Shown here piece after piece: positions 40,460 to 51,651 of a DNA stretch of 64,000 nucleotides (within the stretch, counting starts at the first letter, position 1; every line of letters begins with the position of its first letter). Under the pieces are notes generated by a model. That model did not search any database, was not told where the DNA came from, and saw nothing but the letters and a program-made list of their open reading frames with translations. The position numbers were made by a program, and so were the translations under genes. This stretch comes from an uncultured Actinomycetes bacterium (lineage in GTDB: Bacteria > Actinomycetota > Thermoleophilia > Gaiellales > JAICJC01): positions 31,662 through 95,661 of the forward strand of contig CAVRSB010000004.1 of assembly GCA_963723785.1 (NCBI GenBank), written 5' to 3'.

Positions 40460-40487
40460 ATAACGGTGCCTGGCACCATTTATTCAC
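40456..40487. repeat. palindromic repeat copy D (32 bp; type 2 left arm, irregular right arm)
   Basis: GTGAATAACGGTGCC-T-GGCACCATTTATTCAC, between convergent dus and the GNAT gene. Confidence 0.9.
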
Positions 40488-40998
40488 CCCGACGACCTGG
40501 AGCCATTCCGGCTTGAGGCCGGGATTGACCTCGATTCGCATGCCGAGCTTGCGCATGACGCTGATCGAGGCCGAGGTTGGCGTGCTCGGTGGTGGCCACG
40601 ATCCGGGCCAGCTGCAGGTGGTCGAAGCCGAAGGCGATCAGCGCCGCAGCCGCCTCGGTGGCGTAACCCTGGCCGCGCTCGGCGGGCGCCGTTGCCCAGT
40701 ACAGACCGACCTCTGGGCGAAACCGGTGGGGATCGCTGCCGTCGCCGAGGCCGGGGATCAGCCCGAACGGCGCCAGGCACGGCACCAGCCCGACCAGTCC
40801 GACCAGCTCCCCATCGCTTTGGCGCTCCACGGCCCGTTCGCCGTAGGGCGGCTGGTTCAGATCCGCGAGCTGGGCGTATCCCGCCACGGTCCACTCGAGC
40901 CACTGGTCACGCCGCTCTCCCAGCACCCGCTGGACGCCCGCTGCATCACCGCCGGTCAGTGGACGCACCAGGAGACGTTCAGTCTCGAGCAACGGCAT
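40484..40998 (-). pseudogene. GNAT family N-acetyltransferase (RimJ/RimL-like), frame interrupted
   Basis: ORF 40480..40998 (N-terminus) continued in the frame of ORF 40242..40556 (ASISVMRKLGMRIEVNPGLKPEWLQVVG). As given the ORF stops at TAA 40480-40482. The corrected frame would stop at TGA 40484-40486. Both lie in the right arm of copy D. Confidence 0.75.
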
Positions 40999-41011
40999 CG
41001 CGCGATGATAG

Positions 41012-41042
41012 GTGAATAACGGTGCCCGGCACCGTTATTCAC
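41012..41042. repeat. palindromic repeat copy E (31-bp type 2, centre C)
   Basis: GTGAATAACGGTGCC-C-GGCACCGTTATTCAC, between the divergent GNAT and PhyH genes. Confidence 0.95.
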
Positions 41043-41056
41043 GACTAGTGCCGGGC

Positions 41057-41846
41057 ATGGGCAGAGTGGACGACTTTCAGCGAGACGGGGCGGTGGTGGT
41101 GCGGGCCGCGTTCACGCCCGCCGAGGTCGAGCAGGTCACACGCGGGATCGAGCGGAACCTGGCCGAGCCCAGCCCGCGGGCGCTGGTGGCGTCACGGGAT
41201 GACGATCCCGGGCAGGTTCTTCGAGGACTTCTGCAACTGGAGCCGCTTTCCCGAACTCGAGCAGGTGATTCGCGAGAGCCATGCCGCTGCGATCGCGGGA
41301 GAGCTGACGCGAAGCTCGCAGATCCGGCTCTATCACGATCACGTGCTCGTGAAGGAGGCTGCCACGCGCCAGCCGACTCCCTGGCACCAGGATCAGCCCT
41401 ACTACAACGTCGAGGGCCGCCAGACCTGCAGCGTGTGGATGCCGGTCGACCCGGTGCCGCGATCGGCCACGCTCGAGTTCGTGGCCGGCTCCCACCTGGG
41501 GCCGTGGCTGATGCCGCGGACATTCATGGACGGCCAGGCCAGCTGGTTCCCCGAGGGTGCGCTCGCCGACCTGCCCGACATCGAGGCCGACCGCGGCGCC
41601 TTCCCGATCATCGGCTGGGAGCTCGAGCCCGGCGATGCCGTCTTCTTCAACATGCTGACGCTGCACGCCTCCGGCCCCAGCAACGGTCTTCGGCGTGCCT
41701 TCTCGATCCGCTTCATCGGCGACGACGTGACCCACGCGCCGCGGGCCTGGAAGACCTCGCCCGAGTTTCCCGGCCTGGCCGAGCGACTGCCGGCCGGCGC
41801 GGCGATGCAGGACGAGCTGTTCCCGGTCGTGTGGGAGCGGCGCTAG
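41057..41846 (+). pseudogene. phytanoyl-CoA dioxygenase (PhyH) family 2OG-Fe(II) oxygenase, frame interrupted once
   Basis: Head in ORF 41012..42532 from ATG 41057 (MGRVDDFQRDGAVVV), body in ORF 41199..41846 (WHQDQPYY, HAS). Junction near 41211 (GGG run). Confidence 0.7.
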
Positions 41847-41849
41847 ACG

Positions 41850-42542
41850 CTACCGGCGCGAGCAGCGCCAACCCGCGCAGCGTCAGCCACGGATCGACAT
41901 GCGAGACGGTGCGACAGTGGGGAGCGACCACCTCCGAGTGCCCGCCGGTCGCCACCGCCGGCAGCTCCGCGCCCAGCTCGGCCCGAAACCGGGTGACAAG
42001 GCCGTCCACCATGGCCGCGTGCCCGAACACCGCCCCGGAGCGGATCGCTTCGGCGGTGTCGCGCTGCGATGGCATGGGCCGGGGCGTCGCAGCTCGATCA
42101 CCGGGAGTCGATCGGCGTGCTCGGTCAGCGCCGCCACCGAGATACCGATCCCCGGGGCAATCGCACCGCCCGCCCACTCGCCGGACGATGACACCACGTC
42201 CACCGTGGTTGCGGTACCCATGTCGACAACGATGCACGGCCCGCCCACCAGCGCGAACGCGGCGGCCGCGTCAGCCAGACGGTCGGCTCCCACCGGAGCC
42301 GCCGGCACCACGATCGGCGGGCGACCGGTCAGCTCGGTCACGACCGCGTGGTAGCCGGCATCGAGTGCCGGCCCGGCAGTCGCAACCACCACGCCGTCGA
42401 TGCCGTCGCCGATCAGCACCCCCACCAGCTCGCGATCGGCGTGGTCATGGTCGGTGGGGATCCGCCGGTGGGCGATCAACTCGTCGCCGTCGAACAGGCC
42501 TGCGACCGTGTCCGAGTTGCCTGCGTCGATGACCAGCAGCAC
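41850..42542 (-). pseudogene. coaX: type III pantothenate kinase, frame interrupted; 3' end approximate
   Basis: ORF 41883..42770 trimmed to GTG 42542 (LLVIDAGNSDT, VDMGTATTVD), continued in ORF 41713..42237 (DTAEAIRSGAVFG...DPWLTLRGLALL). Junction near 42110. Stop probably TAG 41850-41852 after one further indel. Confidence 0.8.
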
Positions 42543-42553
42543 TGCCGGCGTGG

Positions 42554-42892
42554 CTAGTCGTCCGACAGTTCGAAGCCGGGCGGCAGCACGGTGTCGATCG
42601 TGCCTTCGGGGCGCAGCTCCTCGACCGTCACGTCCTGGGTGGTGTGCACCTCTGCCCGCGGGATGATGCGGCTGGGCCGGTTCTTGTCCCACACCCACAC
42701 GTCCTCCATCGACAGGTGCACCATCGGGTAGGCGGTGGTGTGCTGGGACTCCATCACCAGCCGGTTGCACAGGTAGGTGGCCTCGGCCGTGAGCACGCAG
42801 TAGCGAAACATCCCGAAGACGGTTGCGTATTCGCGTTTCAGCCGGAGCTCAAGCTCGGCGTCGAACTCCTCGAGGTCCTCGAGAAACGACAT
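42554..42892 (-). CDS. DUF2469 domain-containing protein
   Basis: ORF 42554..42892, 112 aa. Conserved actinobacterial pattern (ELELRLKREY...DVWVWD). Confidence 0.75.
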   Translation of the reverse strand: MSFLEDLEEFDAELELRLKREYATVFGMFRYCVLTAEATYLCNRLVMESQHTTAYPMVHLSMEDVWVWDKNRPSRIIPRAEVHTTQDVTVEELRPEGTIDTVLPPGFELSDD

Positions 42893-42901
42893 GCCCCAAG
42901 T

Positions 42902-43404
42902 CTACGCATAAATGCGGCGGTCGCGCACGCCGATCACACCCGCACGACGCCCTGGGGCTCGATCTGCGACAGCCAGTCGCGGCGCGGTGCGTCCGCGGAT
43001 GATCGTCCCGGGGGCGATGTCGGCCAGCGGCCGCAGCACGAACTCGCGCTCGTGTGCACGCGGATGCGGCAGCTCCAGCGCGGGATCGTCGCGACTCGAC
43101 ACCGTCGTACCAGATCAGGTCGAGGTCGAGCGTGCGCGGGCCCCAGCGCCGGTCGCGCACGCGGCCGAACTCGGCTTCGATCGCCTGGAGGCCGGCGCAG
43201 CAGCTCGGCGGGAGCCAGCGGCGTCTCGAGCTCAGCCACGAGGTTGAGAAAGTCGGGCTGGTCGGTCACTCCGATGGCGGCGGTGCGGTAGGTCGGTGAC
43301 ACCGCCCGGACCTCACCGAGACGCTCGCAGGCACTCACCGCCCGGGGCAGCGTGTCCGCAGGATCCCCAAGATTCGCGCCGAATCCTACGAGCGCAACAG
43401 TCAC
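42902..43404 (-). pseudogene. folK: 2-amino-4-hydroxy-6-hydroxymethyldihydropteridine diphosphokinase, frame interrupted twice
   Basis: Pieces in ORFs 42934..43821 (VALVGFGANLGDP...), 42849..43160 (RDRRWGPRTLDLDLIWYDG) and 42902..43102 (LELPHPRAHEREFVLRPL). Start is GTG 43404, or ATG 43449. Confidence 0.85.
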
Positions 43405-43516
43405 CCGATGGGGTGCACTTTCCTTCGCGACCTTGACGAATTTGCTCATCTTTGCCGATGCTCGTGGGGGACGGCTTTTCGCGGGCCGTACCAAAGCTCC
43501 CACGCTCTGACGAAGG

Positions 43517-43831
43517 ATGACCATGTCGACCCTCATGGAATTGACCGTCGTGCTCCTGATCTGTCCGGCCGCCCTCGCCACGTGGGCCGACGCACGGTAC
43601 CCCAAGCTGCGGCCGCGCGAGATCCGGCGAACCACGATCCACCTCGGCATGACCGGCCTGATCGCGTTCGTCGCGATGAAGCCGCTGCTGAGCGAGATCT
43701 TCCAGCTGCTGTCCGGCCCCGCCGGGCGCGCAACCGCGCTGTGCATCTCCTGCATCGCCATCACGTACTGCCTGATGGTGTCGCTGTGGGTCGTGCGGCT
43801 CGCAACCGAGACCGCTCGCACCCGCCGCTAG
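43517..43831 (+). CDS. small membrane protein (hypothetical, 3 TM)
   Basis: ORF 43517..43831, high GC3, hydrophobic helices. Stop TAG lies 7 nt before palindrome copy F. Confidence 0.6.
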   Translation: MTMSTLMELTVVLLICPAALATWADARYPKLRPREIRRTTIHLGMTGLIAFVAMKPLLSEIFQLLSGPAGRATALCISCIAITYCLMVSLWVVRLATETARTRR

Positions 43832-43838
43832 GCTCGGG

Positions 43839-43869
43839 GTGAATAACGGTGCCTGGCACCGTTATTCAC
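43839..43869. repeat. palindromic repeat copy F (31-bp type 2, perfect)
   Basis: GTGAATAACGGTGCC-T-GGCACCGTTATTCAC. Confidence 0.95.
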
Positions 43870-43885
43870 AACCCACCGCTCAGGC

Positions 43886-43918
43886 GTGAATAATTGGTGC
43901 CTGGCACCAATTATTCAC
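43886..43918. repeat. palindromic repeat copy G (33-bp type 1, perfect)
   Basis: GTGAATAATTGGTGCC-T-GGCACCAATTATTCAC, 16 nt downstream of copy F. Confidence 0.95.
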
Positions 43919-44575
43919 GCCATAGCTACCTGGTGGAGGGCCGCTGCGGCTTCAGCCCGGGTGCGGGCGTTGAGCTTGCGCAGGATCGCCTTCACGTGCC
44001 AGCGCACGGTCTCGGGCGACAGGTACAGCTCGGCCGCGATCTGCCCGGTGGTGTAGCCACTGGCGATCAGCCGCAGGATCTCGAGCTGGCGGGGCGTCAG
44101 CTTCTCGCGCTGCTGCGGCCGTGGAGCCAGCTCCAGGCGCTGCTCCGCGCCGCGCACCTCGTCAAGCAGGTAGGACACCATCCGGCGTGACACCGCCGCT
44201 TCGCCACCGACCACGCCCAGCGATCGCTTCGGCCAGCCGGTCGGGCGTCTGATCCTTGGTCAGGTAGCCCACCGCGCCGGCGCGCACCGCCGCCAGCATC
44301 ACCTGTGGGTCGTGCGACTCCGACAGCATCACGACCTTGACGCCTGCGCCGACGGCGTCCAGCAACCGCCGGGTGGCAAGGATGCCGCTGCCGTCCTTCA
44401 GCTCCAGATCCATCAGCACCACATCGGGACGCAGGCGCACACCCCGCTCGATCGTCTCCAGCACACTCGAAGCGGTACCCACGACCTCCATGCCGGCGCC
44501 CTCGAGCAGCGTGATCAGCCCCCGTCGAAAGAGCGGGTGATCGTCAACAACAACAATCCGGATGGGAGCCCCCAT
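43915..44575 (-). pseudogene. NarL/FixJ (LuxR) family response regulator, frame interrupted once
   Basis: ORF 44162..44575 (receiver: VVVDDHPLFR, VVLMDLELKDGSG) plus ORF 43915..44214 (LuxR HTH: LTPRQLEILRLIASGYTTGQIAAELYLSPETVRWHV). Junction near 44215. The stop TGA lies inside palindrome copy G. Confidence 0.85.
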
Positions 44576-44596
44576 TGGTTCAGTTATACGTGGGTT

Positions 44597-44960
44597 TCAG
44601 CGGACGCGCGAGACGGTCACGGCGACGTGATCGAACGGATGCTCGATCGGTGCGTCGGGCTTGGCCACCCGCACCGCTACTTCATCCACCGGGAACTCCG
44701 CCAGAAGCGCGGCGCAGACCACGTCGGCGACCTTCTCGATCAGGTTGTAGGGGCCGCCGCTGACGAGCTCCACAACGCGGTCGCACACCGCCCCGTAGTC
44801 GACGGTGCCGGCCAGCTCGTCGTTTCGCCCGGATTCGGCGTCACTGGCCCGCAGGGTCACGTCGATCACGAACCGCTGCCCGTCGCGGCGCTCGTGCTCG
44901 AACACGCCGTGGTGGGCGAACACCTCGCAGCCCTCGGATCTCGATCAGCGGGCCGCTCAC
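44597..44960 (-). pseudogene. folB: dihydroneopterin aldolase, frame interrupted once
   Basis: ORF 44597..44923 plus the N-terminus VSGPLIEIRGL from GTG 44960. Junction near 44924 (one extra base). Confidence 0.85.
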
Positions 44961-45777
44961 CGATCCCCCGAATCGCTGCCTCGACCGCCAGCCCATGGCG
45001 CATGGCCGCACGTCGTGCACCCGCACCATCCACGCACCGGCCCGCACGGCGGCCAGGCTGGCCACCAGCGAGGCCGCCCCCGGTCGCCCTCATCCGCACC
45101 CGTGACTGCACCCCAGGAAGCGCTTGCGCGACACCCCGACCACCACCGGGTAGCCCAGCGCGACGATCTCGTCCAGCCGCCGCAGCAGCTCGAGGTTGTG
45201 CGCGAGCGTCTTGCCGAAGCCGATGCCGGGATCCACGCAGATCCGGTCGGCCTGGACACCGTGCGCGCAGCGCCCACTCCGCCCGCTCGGCCAGGAACGC
45301 CGACGACCTCGGCGACCACGTCGTCGTAGCGCGGGTCGTGCTGCATCGTGCGCGGCTCGCCCAGCATGTGCATCAGGCACACCGGCACCGCGGCGGCGGC
45401 CACCACCTCCACCATCCGCGGATCGCCGCGCAGCGCCGTCACGTCGTTGACGAAGCTCGCGCCCGCCGCCAGCGCCGCCTCGGCGACGTCGGCCTTCATC
45501 GTGTCGATCGAGACCGGCACGTCGGTCACCGCCGCGATCCCCTCGATCACCGGGATGACCCGGCGCAGCTCCTCTGCGAGCGCCACCGGCTGTGCGCCCG
45601 GACGGGTCGACTCGCCGCCGACGTCGAGCAGATCGGCGCCCTCGCTCGCCAGCCGCCCGGCCGTGCGCGATCGCCGCCGCGGCGTCCAGGAACTCGCCCG
45701 CCGTCCGAGAAGGAGTCGGGCGTGACGTTGACGATGCCCATCACCGCGGGGCCGGGGAACCGATCCAGAACGCTCAT
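44957..45777 (-). pseudogene. folP: dihydropteroate synthase, frame interrupted at least 5 times
   Basis: Pieces in ORFs 45547..45789 (MGIVNVTPDSFSDGG), 44957..45916 (LLDVGGESTRPGA...SIDT...NDV), 45090..45380 (ICVDPGIGFGKT...GVSRKRFLG) and 44841..45065 (VRVHDV). Resolved junctions near 45698 and 45657 (CCC runs). Confidence 0.85.
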
Positions 45778-45846
45778 CGGTCGGGACACTACCGACGGGG
45801 GCGCCGGGGCGGGCAGCTCGCCCCGACGCTCTCGTGGGCGAGGGGG

Positions 45847-47280
45847 CTATCTGAACGACAGGGCGGTCGCCTCGGGGATGTCGCGCTCCCAGTGGTTGGC
45901 ACTGTCGAACGTCCATCCGTGGGAAGGGCTGAGCCCCGGCACCAGCAGCTCGGTGGAGGAGTTGTTGTCAAAGCCGATGGCATCGCGGGCGCCCAGCTGG
46001 CGCAACATCGATGTCCACTGCCACCCGTAGACGCCGGAGTCGGCCGAGCCGGTGATCAGCATCGATCCCCAGCCGTTGGTGCCCATCATCACCGCCGGCC
46101 GCCAGAACCGGCCGCACCACTGGTAGCACGGGTTTTGATCCATCATCGGCGGATCCGCCCAGGGGGTCGTGTAGCGGGCGACGCCATTCTTGACCAGCAG
46201 CGGCTTCCCGCCCATCACCTCGGCGACATGCGCCCACTTGGCCGAGTCGACTGCGACCTTCACGGCCGCGGCCGGCGCCGCCGCAGCGTCCTCCAGGCCG
46301 GTGGCGGCGAAGCGGTCGGCACGCGCCACCAGCAGCGCCTGGCCGGTGTGCAGCGTGATCGACGTGCCCGCGGAGCAGACCCCGCCGGCGCACGCGGTCA
46401 TGGAGATCGGCAGGAGCAGAGAACGGGTGGCCACGCCGCGCTCGCCGAACCGGAACCCCACCACCGTCTCCTTGGCCGAGGTCGAGCTGTTGGTGGGATT
46501 GTGGTAGCCGGTCTTGGTGCCTTGCAGCATCGAGCCAAACGGGCTGGGGACCGCTGCGCTGCCCAGTATCACTCCGATCATCCCCGAGGGGATCTTGAAG
46601 GCGACATTGTGGGCGGTCGCGACCGCCACCTGATCGCCCGGCAGGTCGCCGGTCTTCGAGGCCAGACTGCCGGGGGACGACACGAAGCTGCCGATGGTAG
46701 TCAGCCCGCCGTGGGGCAGCGAAATGTTGGCAGGCACCGCCCGAGGGTTGCCGAACACCATCCCGCCGGGCTGGCCGCCGAGGCCCTTGGTCTCGTACCC
46801 GACGCCGGGACCGCCCCAACCGAACGCATCGACCGTTCGCGCGCGCACCAGCATTCCGCTGGGGTAGCCGCCGTACCAGCCCTTGTACCCGAAGAAATCG
46901 CCGTTGAGGGCACCCACAAGGCCCTTGGGGCCGCTGCGCGTCCAGCTGGAGATGGTGGCCAGGGCGATCGATCCCACAGGGCTCAGGGGGCGCAGCGCCT
47001 CCGCGTCCAGGTGCACGTGTGAATCGCCCACCTTCCACGACAGCTGGTAGATGTTCTGCGTGGGGCCGCCGCGCATGGCCGCGTGCAGGCGAGTGAGCGT
47101 CACCACGGGGTGTCCACCGGCGCGCCGCAGCGTCTTCACACAGGGCGAAGAAGCGCAGCTCAACTTGGTGATCGGCCCACTACCGTGAAGGGTCAGCGGC
47201 CCAGCCGCCGCGCTCGGCGCAAACGCCAGCAGCGCGACAGCCGGGGCCGCAAGCACGACCCCCCTGCCTCGAAATCGCAT
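45847..47280 (-). CDS. secreted protein, phosphodiester glycosidase (NAGPA/DUF2233)-like C-terminal domain
   Basis: ORF 45847..47280, uninterrupted, with signal peptide. The C-terminal region resembles DUF2233. Weak family call. Confidence 0.5.
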   Translation of the reverse strand: MRFRGRGVVLAAPAVALLAFAPSAAAGPLTLHGSGPITKLSCASSPCVKTLRRAGGHPVVTLTRLHAAMRGGPTQNIYQLSWKVGDSHVHLDAEALRPLSPVGSIALATISSWTRSGPKGLVGALNGDFFGYKGWYGGYPSGMLVRARTVDAFGWGGPGVGYETKGLGGQPGGMVFGNPRAVPANISLPHGGLTTIGSFVSSPGSLASKTGDLPGDQVAVATAHNVAFKIPSGMIGVILGSAAVPSPFGSMLQGTKTGYHNPTNSSTSAKETVVGFRFGERGVATRSLLLPISMTACAGGVCSAGTSITLHTGQALLVARADRFAATGLEDAAAAPAAAVKVAVDSAKWAHVAEVMGGKPLLVKNGVARYTTPWADPPMMDQNPCYQWCGRFWRPAVMMGTNGWGSMLITGSADSGVYGWQWTSMLRQLGARDAIGFDNNSSTELLVPGLSPSHGWTFDSANHWERDIPEATALSFR

Positions 47281-47383
47281 GAAAAGTCCGTCCTGAAGAA
47301 AACAAACGCGCTTTCCTACAATCGGCCGGCAGAGGCCGCAATCTCACCTCCCTGAGGGGGATCCCGCTCCACCAAAGGGGTGA

Positions 47384-49370
<1,987 letters not shown>

Positions 49371-49537
49371 ACCTCCCCCGGGAGCTGCTTCTAATGTCGT
49401 CCAGAGTGCGGCCGGGGAGCTCGCCCAATTACCCATCCCGGATGCTAGCACGGTGGATTTCCGCGTCATCGGCACTACGTCCACGCGTCTGAAGCGGATT
49501 GACGGCATCTCACTCAAGGATGCCCGCAAAGTGCGAC

Positions 49538-50113
49538 TTATGCGAGCCCGCCCACAATTTTCGTTTCATCGAGGGCTGCGACGTACGGCAGGCTGCGGTA
49601 GCGCTCGGCGTAATCCAGCCCGTATCCGATCGCGAAACGGTTGGGGATCTCGAACCCGACGTAGCGGCATTCGATGTCTGCAACCCGGCGGTCGGGCTTG
49701 GTCAGAAGCGCACACACCTCGACCGATGCCGGGTTGCGGGCCTCCAGATTGCGCAGCAGGTACGAGAGCGTCAGGCCGGAGTCGACGATGTCTTCGATCA
49801 CAACCACATTGCGCCCCTCGATGCTGGCATCGAGATCCTTGAGGATCCGCACCACCCCGGATGAGTCGGTGCTGTTGCCGTAGCTGGAGACGGCCATGAA
49901 GTCGATCTCGCAGGGGATCGTGAGGCGTCGGATCAGGTCGGCCATGAAGAACACCGCGCCCTTCAGCACTCCGATCAGCAGCAGGTCGGTATCGGCGTAG
50001 TCACGCGAGATCTCGGCACCGAGCTCGGCGACGCGGGCCTCGAGCGCTTCCTCTGTGACCAGCACCTCGGCGATCAAACTCTCCTGGCCGGCGTGCTCGA
50101 GGTCTGCGCTCAT
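49538..50113 (-). CDS. hpt: hypoxanthine phosphoribosyltransferase
   Basis: ORF 49538..50113. PRPP-binding [13 protein letters not shown]. Confidence 0.9.
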   Translation of the reverse strand: MSADLEHAGQESLIAEVLVTEEALEARVAELGAEISRDYADTDLLLIGVLKGAVFFMADLIRRLTIPCEIDFMAVSSYGNSTDSSGVVRILKDLDASIEGRNVVVIEDIVDSGLTLSYLLRNLEARNPASVEVCALLTKPDRRVADIECRYVGFEIPNRFAIGYGLDYAERYRSLPYVAALDETKIVGGLA

Positions 50114-51055
50114 CTCGAGTGAGGATACCGCGTCGGCGCAGTGAAGCTGAGGGTTCGGCGGTCGCGCACGGCTTCGAGATCGCGTGCCAGCGATAACCGC
50201 TCGACGCCGTCCCCGCGCGTCGCCAGCTGTTCCAGCCTGCCGGTCAGCTCGCGGGGCAGCCGCAGCGGGCGCCCGGCGGCGCGCTCGGCGGCGGCCCGCA
50301 GTACCACCACCCGCAGCCCGCGGGGCAGCTGTGAGAGCGAGTCGAGGTCGAGCTGGTCGGTCACGTGCTCCTCGGCCAGCTCGCTCAGCAGGTCGTCCAG
50401 TTCGGCCAGCAGCTCAGCCGTGCGGGCCAGGTTGACCTCGGCCCCGGGATGCACCCGACGAAGTGCGGGCATCACCTCGTGCCGGATCAGGTTGCGGCGA
50501 TGGAGCGTGTCCCGGTTGGTGGCGTCGACCCGCGGCTCCAGCCCGCGCTGCATCGCACCACGCCCGCGTCTCGCCGGCGGTCAGGCACAGCAGCGGGCGC
50601 ACCAGGTCGCCGTCGCGGGGGCGCATCGCGGCCGCCGCCCGGGGCCCGGACGACGACGCCAGCCGATAGAGCACCGTCTCGGCCTGATCGGACACCGTGT
50701 GCCCGGTCGTGATCACTCTGCCCGCGGCGTACTCGCGGGCGGCGCGGTAGCGGGCCTCGCGGGCGCGGGCTTCCAGATTGCCGCCGGGCGGGATCTCCAC
50801 GTTGACCACCGCCGCCCCCAACTCGGCGCAGAACTCGGCGTCCGCATGTCCCTCTTGGCCTCGCAGCCCGTGCTCGACGTGGAGCGCGTCGACCGGGTAT
50901 CCGAGCTCGCTCATCAGCGTCCACAGGCACAGCGAGTCGGCGCCGCCCGACACCAGCGCGACCAGTTCCTGTCCGGGTTCGAGCAGCCGACCGCCGGCGA
51001 TGTAGTCGGCGACTCGCTCAGCCAGGGCGGCTGTCACGAAGTGCCCGGGTGGCAT
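50110..51055 (-). pseudogene. tilS: tRNA(Ile)-lysidine synthase, frame interrupted once
   Basis: ORF 50414..51127 trimmed to ATG 51055 (PP-loop SGGADS) plus ORF 50110..50553. Junction near 50555. ATGA overlap with hpt. Confidence 0.85.
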
Positions 51056-51566
51056 AGGTCGTGGCCAGCTCGACGTACCGAGCGTGGGCGGTCTCGGCGG
51101 CGTCTTCGTCGCCCGCGCGGTGGGCACGCTCGATCTGGATCAGCAGGTCGTTGAGGCGCTCTTCCAGCCGCAGCTCCAGCACCTGCTCACCCGACAGCTC
51201 CTCCCCGCGCCCGGTCGCACGCAGCCCGCGTGCCTGCCACACGACGGCCAACTCGGCCAGCTTCGGCTCGGCGTTGAGCACGTCGAAGCCGCGAATCGCG
51301 AACGGGCGAAGCGCGTCTGCATCGAAGCGTGGCACCGCGATCTCACCGTCCGAGCCGCCCGGCTGGAAGCGGCCGCCGCACTCACACGCCGCCAACAGCG
51401 GTGCGATCTCGGATTCCACCCCGGCGCTGCCCAGTCGAAACCCTTCGGCGCCGTGATCGGCCAGCCGCACCAGCCCGATCTCGGCCGACAGCGGGGCCAG
51501 ATCGGCGGCGGCCCCGCAATCGCTGCAGCGCCATGGATCGGTGCGGGCGGTGGTGATCGAACTCAC
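51018..51566 (-). CDS. hypothetical protein (possible Cys-pair zinc-ribbon, helical C-terminus)
   Basis: ORF 51018..51566, high GC3. CSDCG and CECGG pairs. No family recognised. Confidence 0.5.
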   Translation of the reverse strand: MSSITTARTDPWRCSDCGAAADLAPLSAEIGLVRLADHGAEGFRLGSAGVESEIAPLLAACECGGRFQPGGSDGEIAVPRFDADALRPFAIRGFDVLNAEPKLAELAVVWQARGLRATGRGEELSGEQVLELRLEERLNDLLIQIERAHRAGDEDAAETAHARYVELATTYATRALRDSRPG

Positions 51567-51588
51567 GCCGTGAAGCGTAGAGCAGCCG

Positions 51589-51621
51589 GTGAATAATTGG
51601 TGCCTGGCACCAATTATTCAC
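51589..51621. repeat. palindromic repeat copy H (33-bp type 1, perfect)
   Basis: Identical to copies A and G. Lies in the 211-nt gap between the hydrolase gene and the 51018 gene. Confidence 0.95.
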
Positions 51622-51651
51622 TCCGACGCCCAGGTGGTGAGTCACGACAGG

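Noticed and set aside
40456-41042. Palindromes as integron attC sites flanking a gene cassette.
   Set aside because: There is no GTTRRRY-type core, no extrahelical-base asymmetry typical of attC, no intI in the window, and copies are dispersed among core genes instead of arrayed. The looser cassette idea is kept as a low-weight finding.
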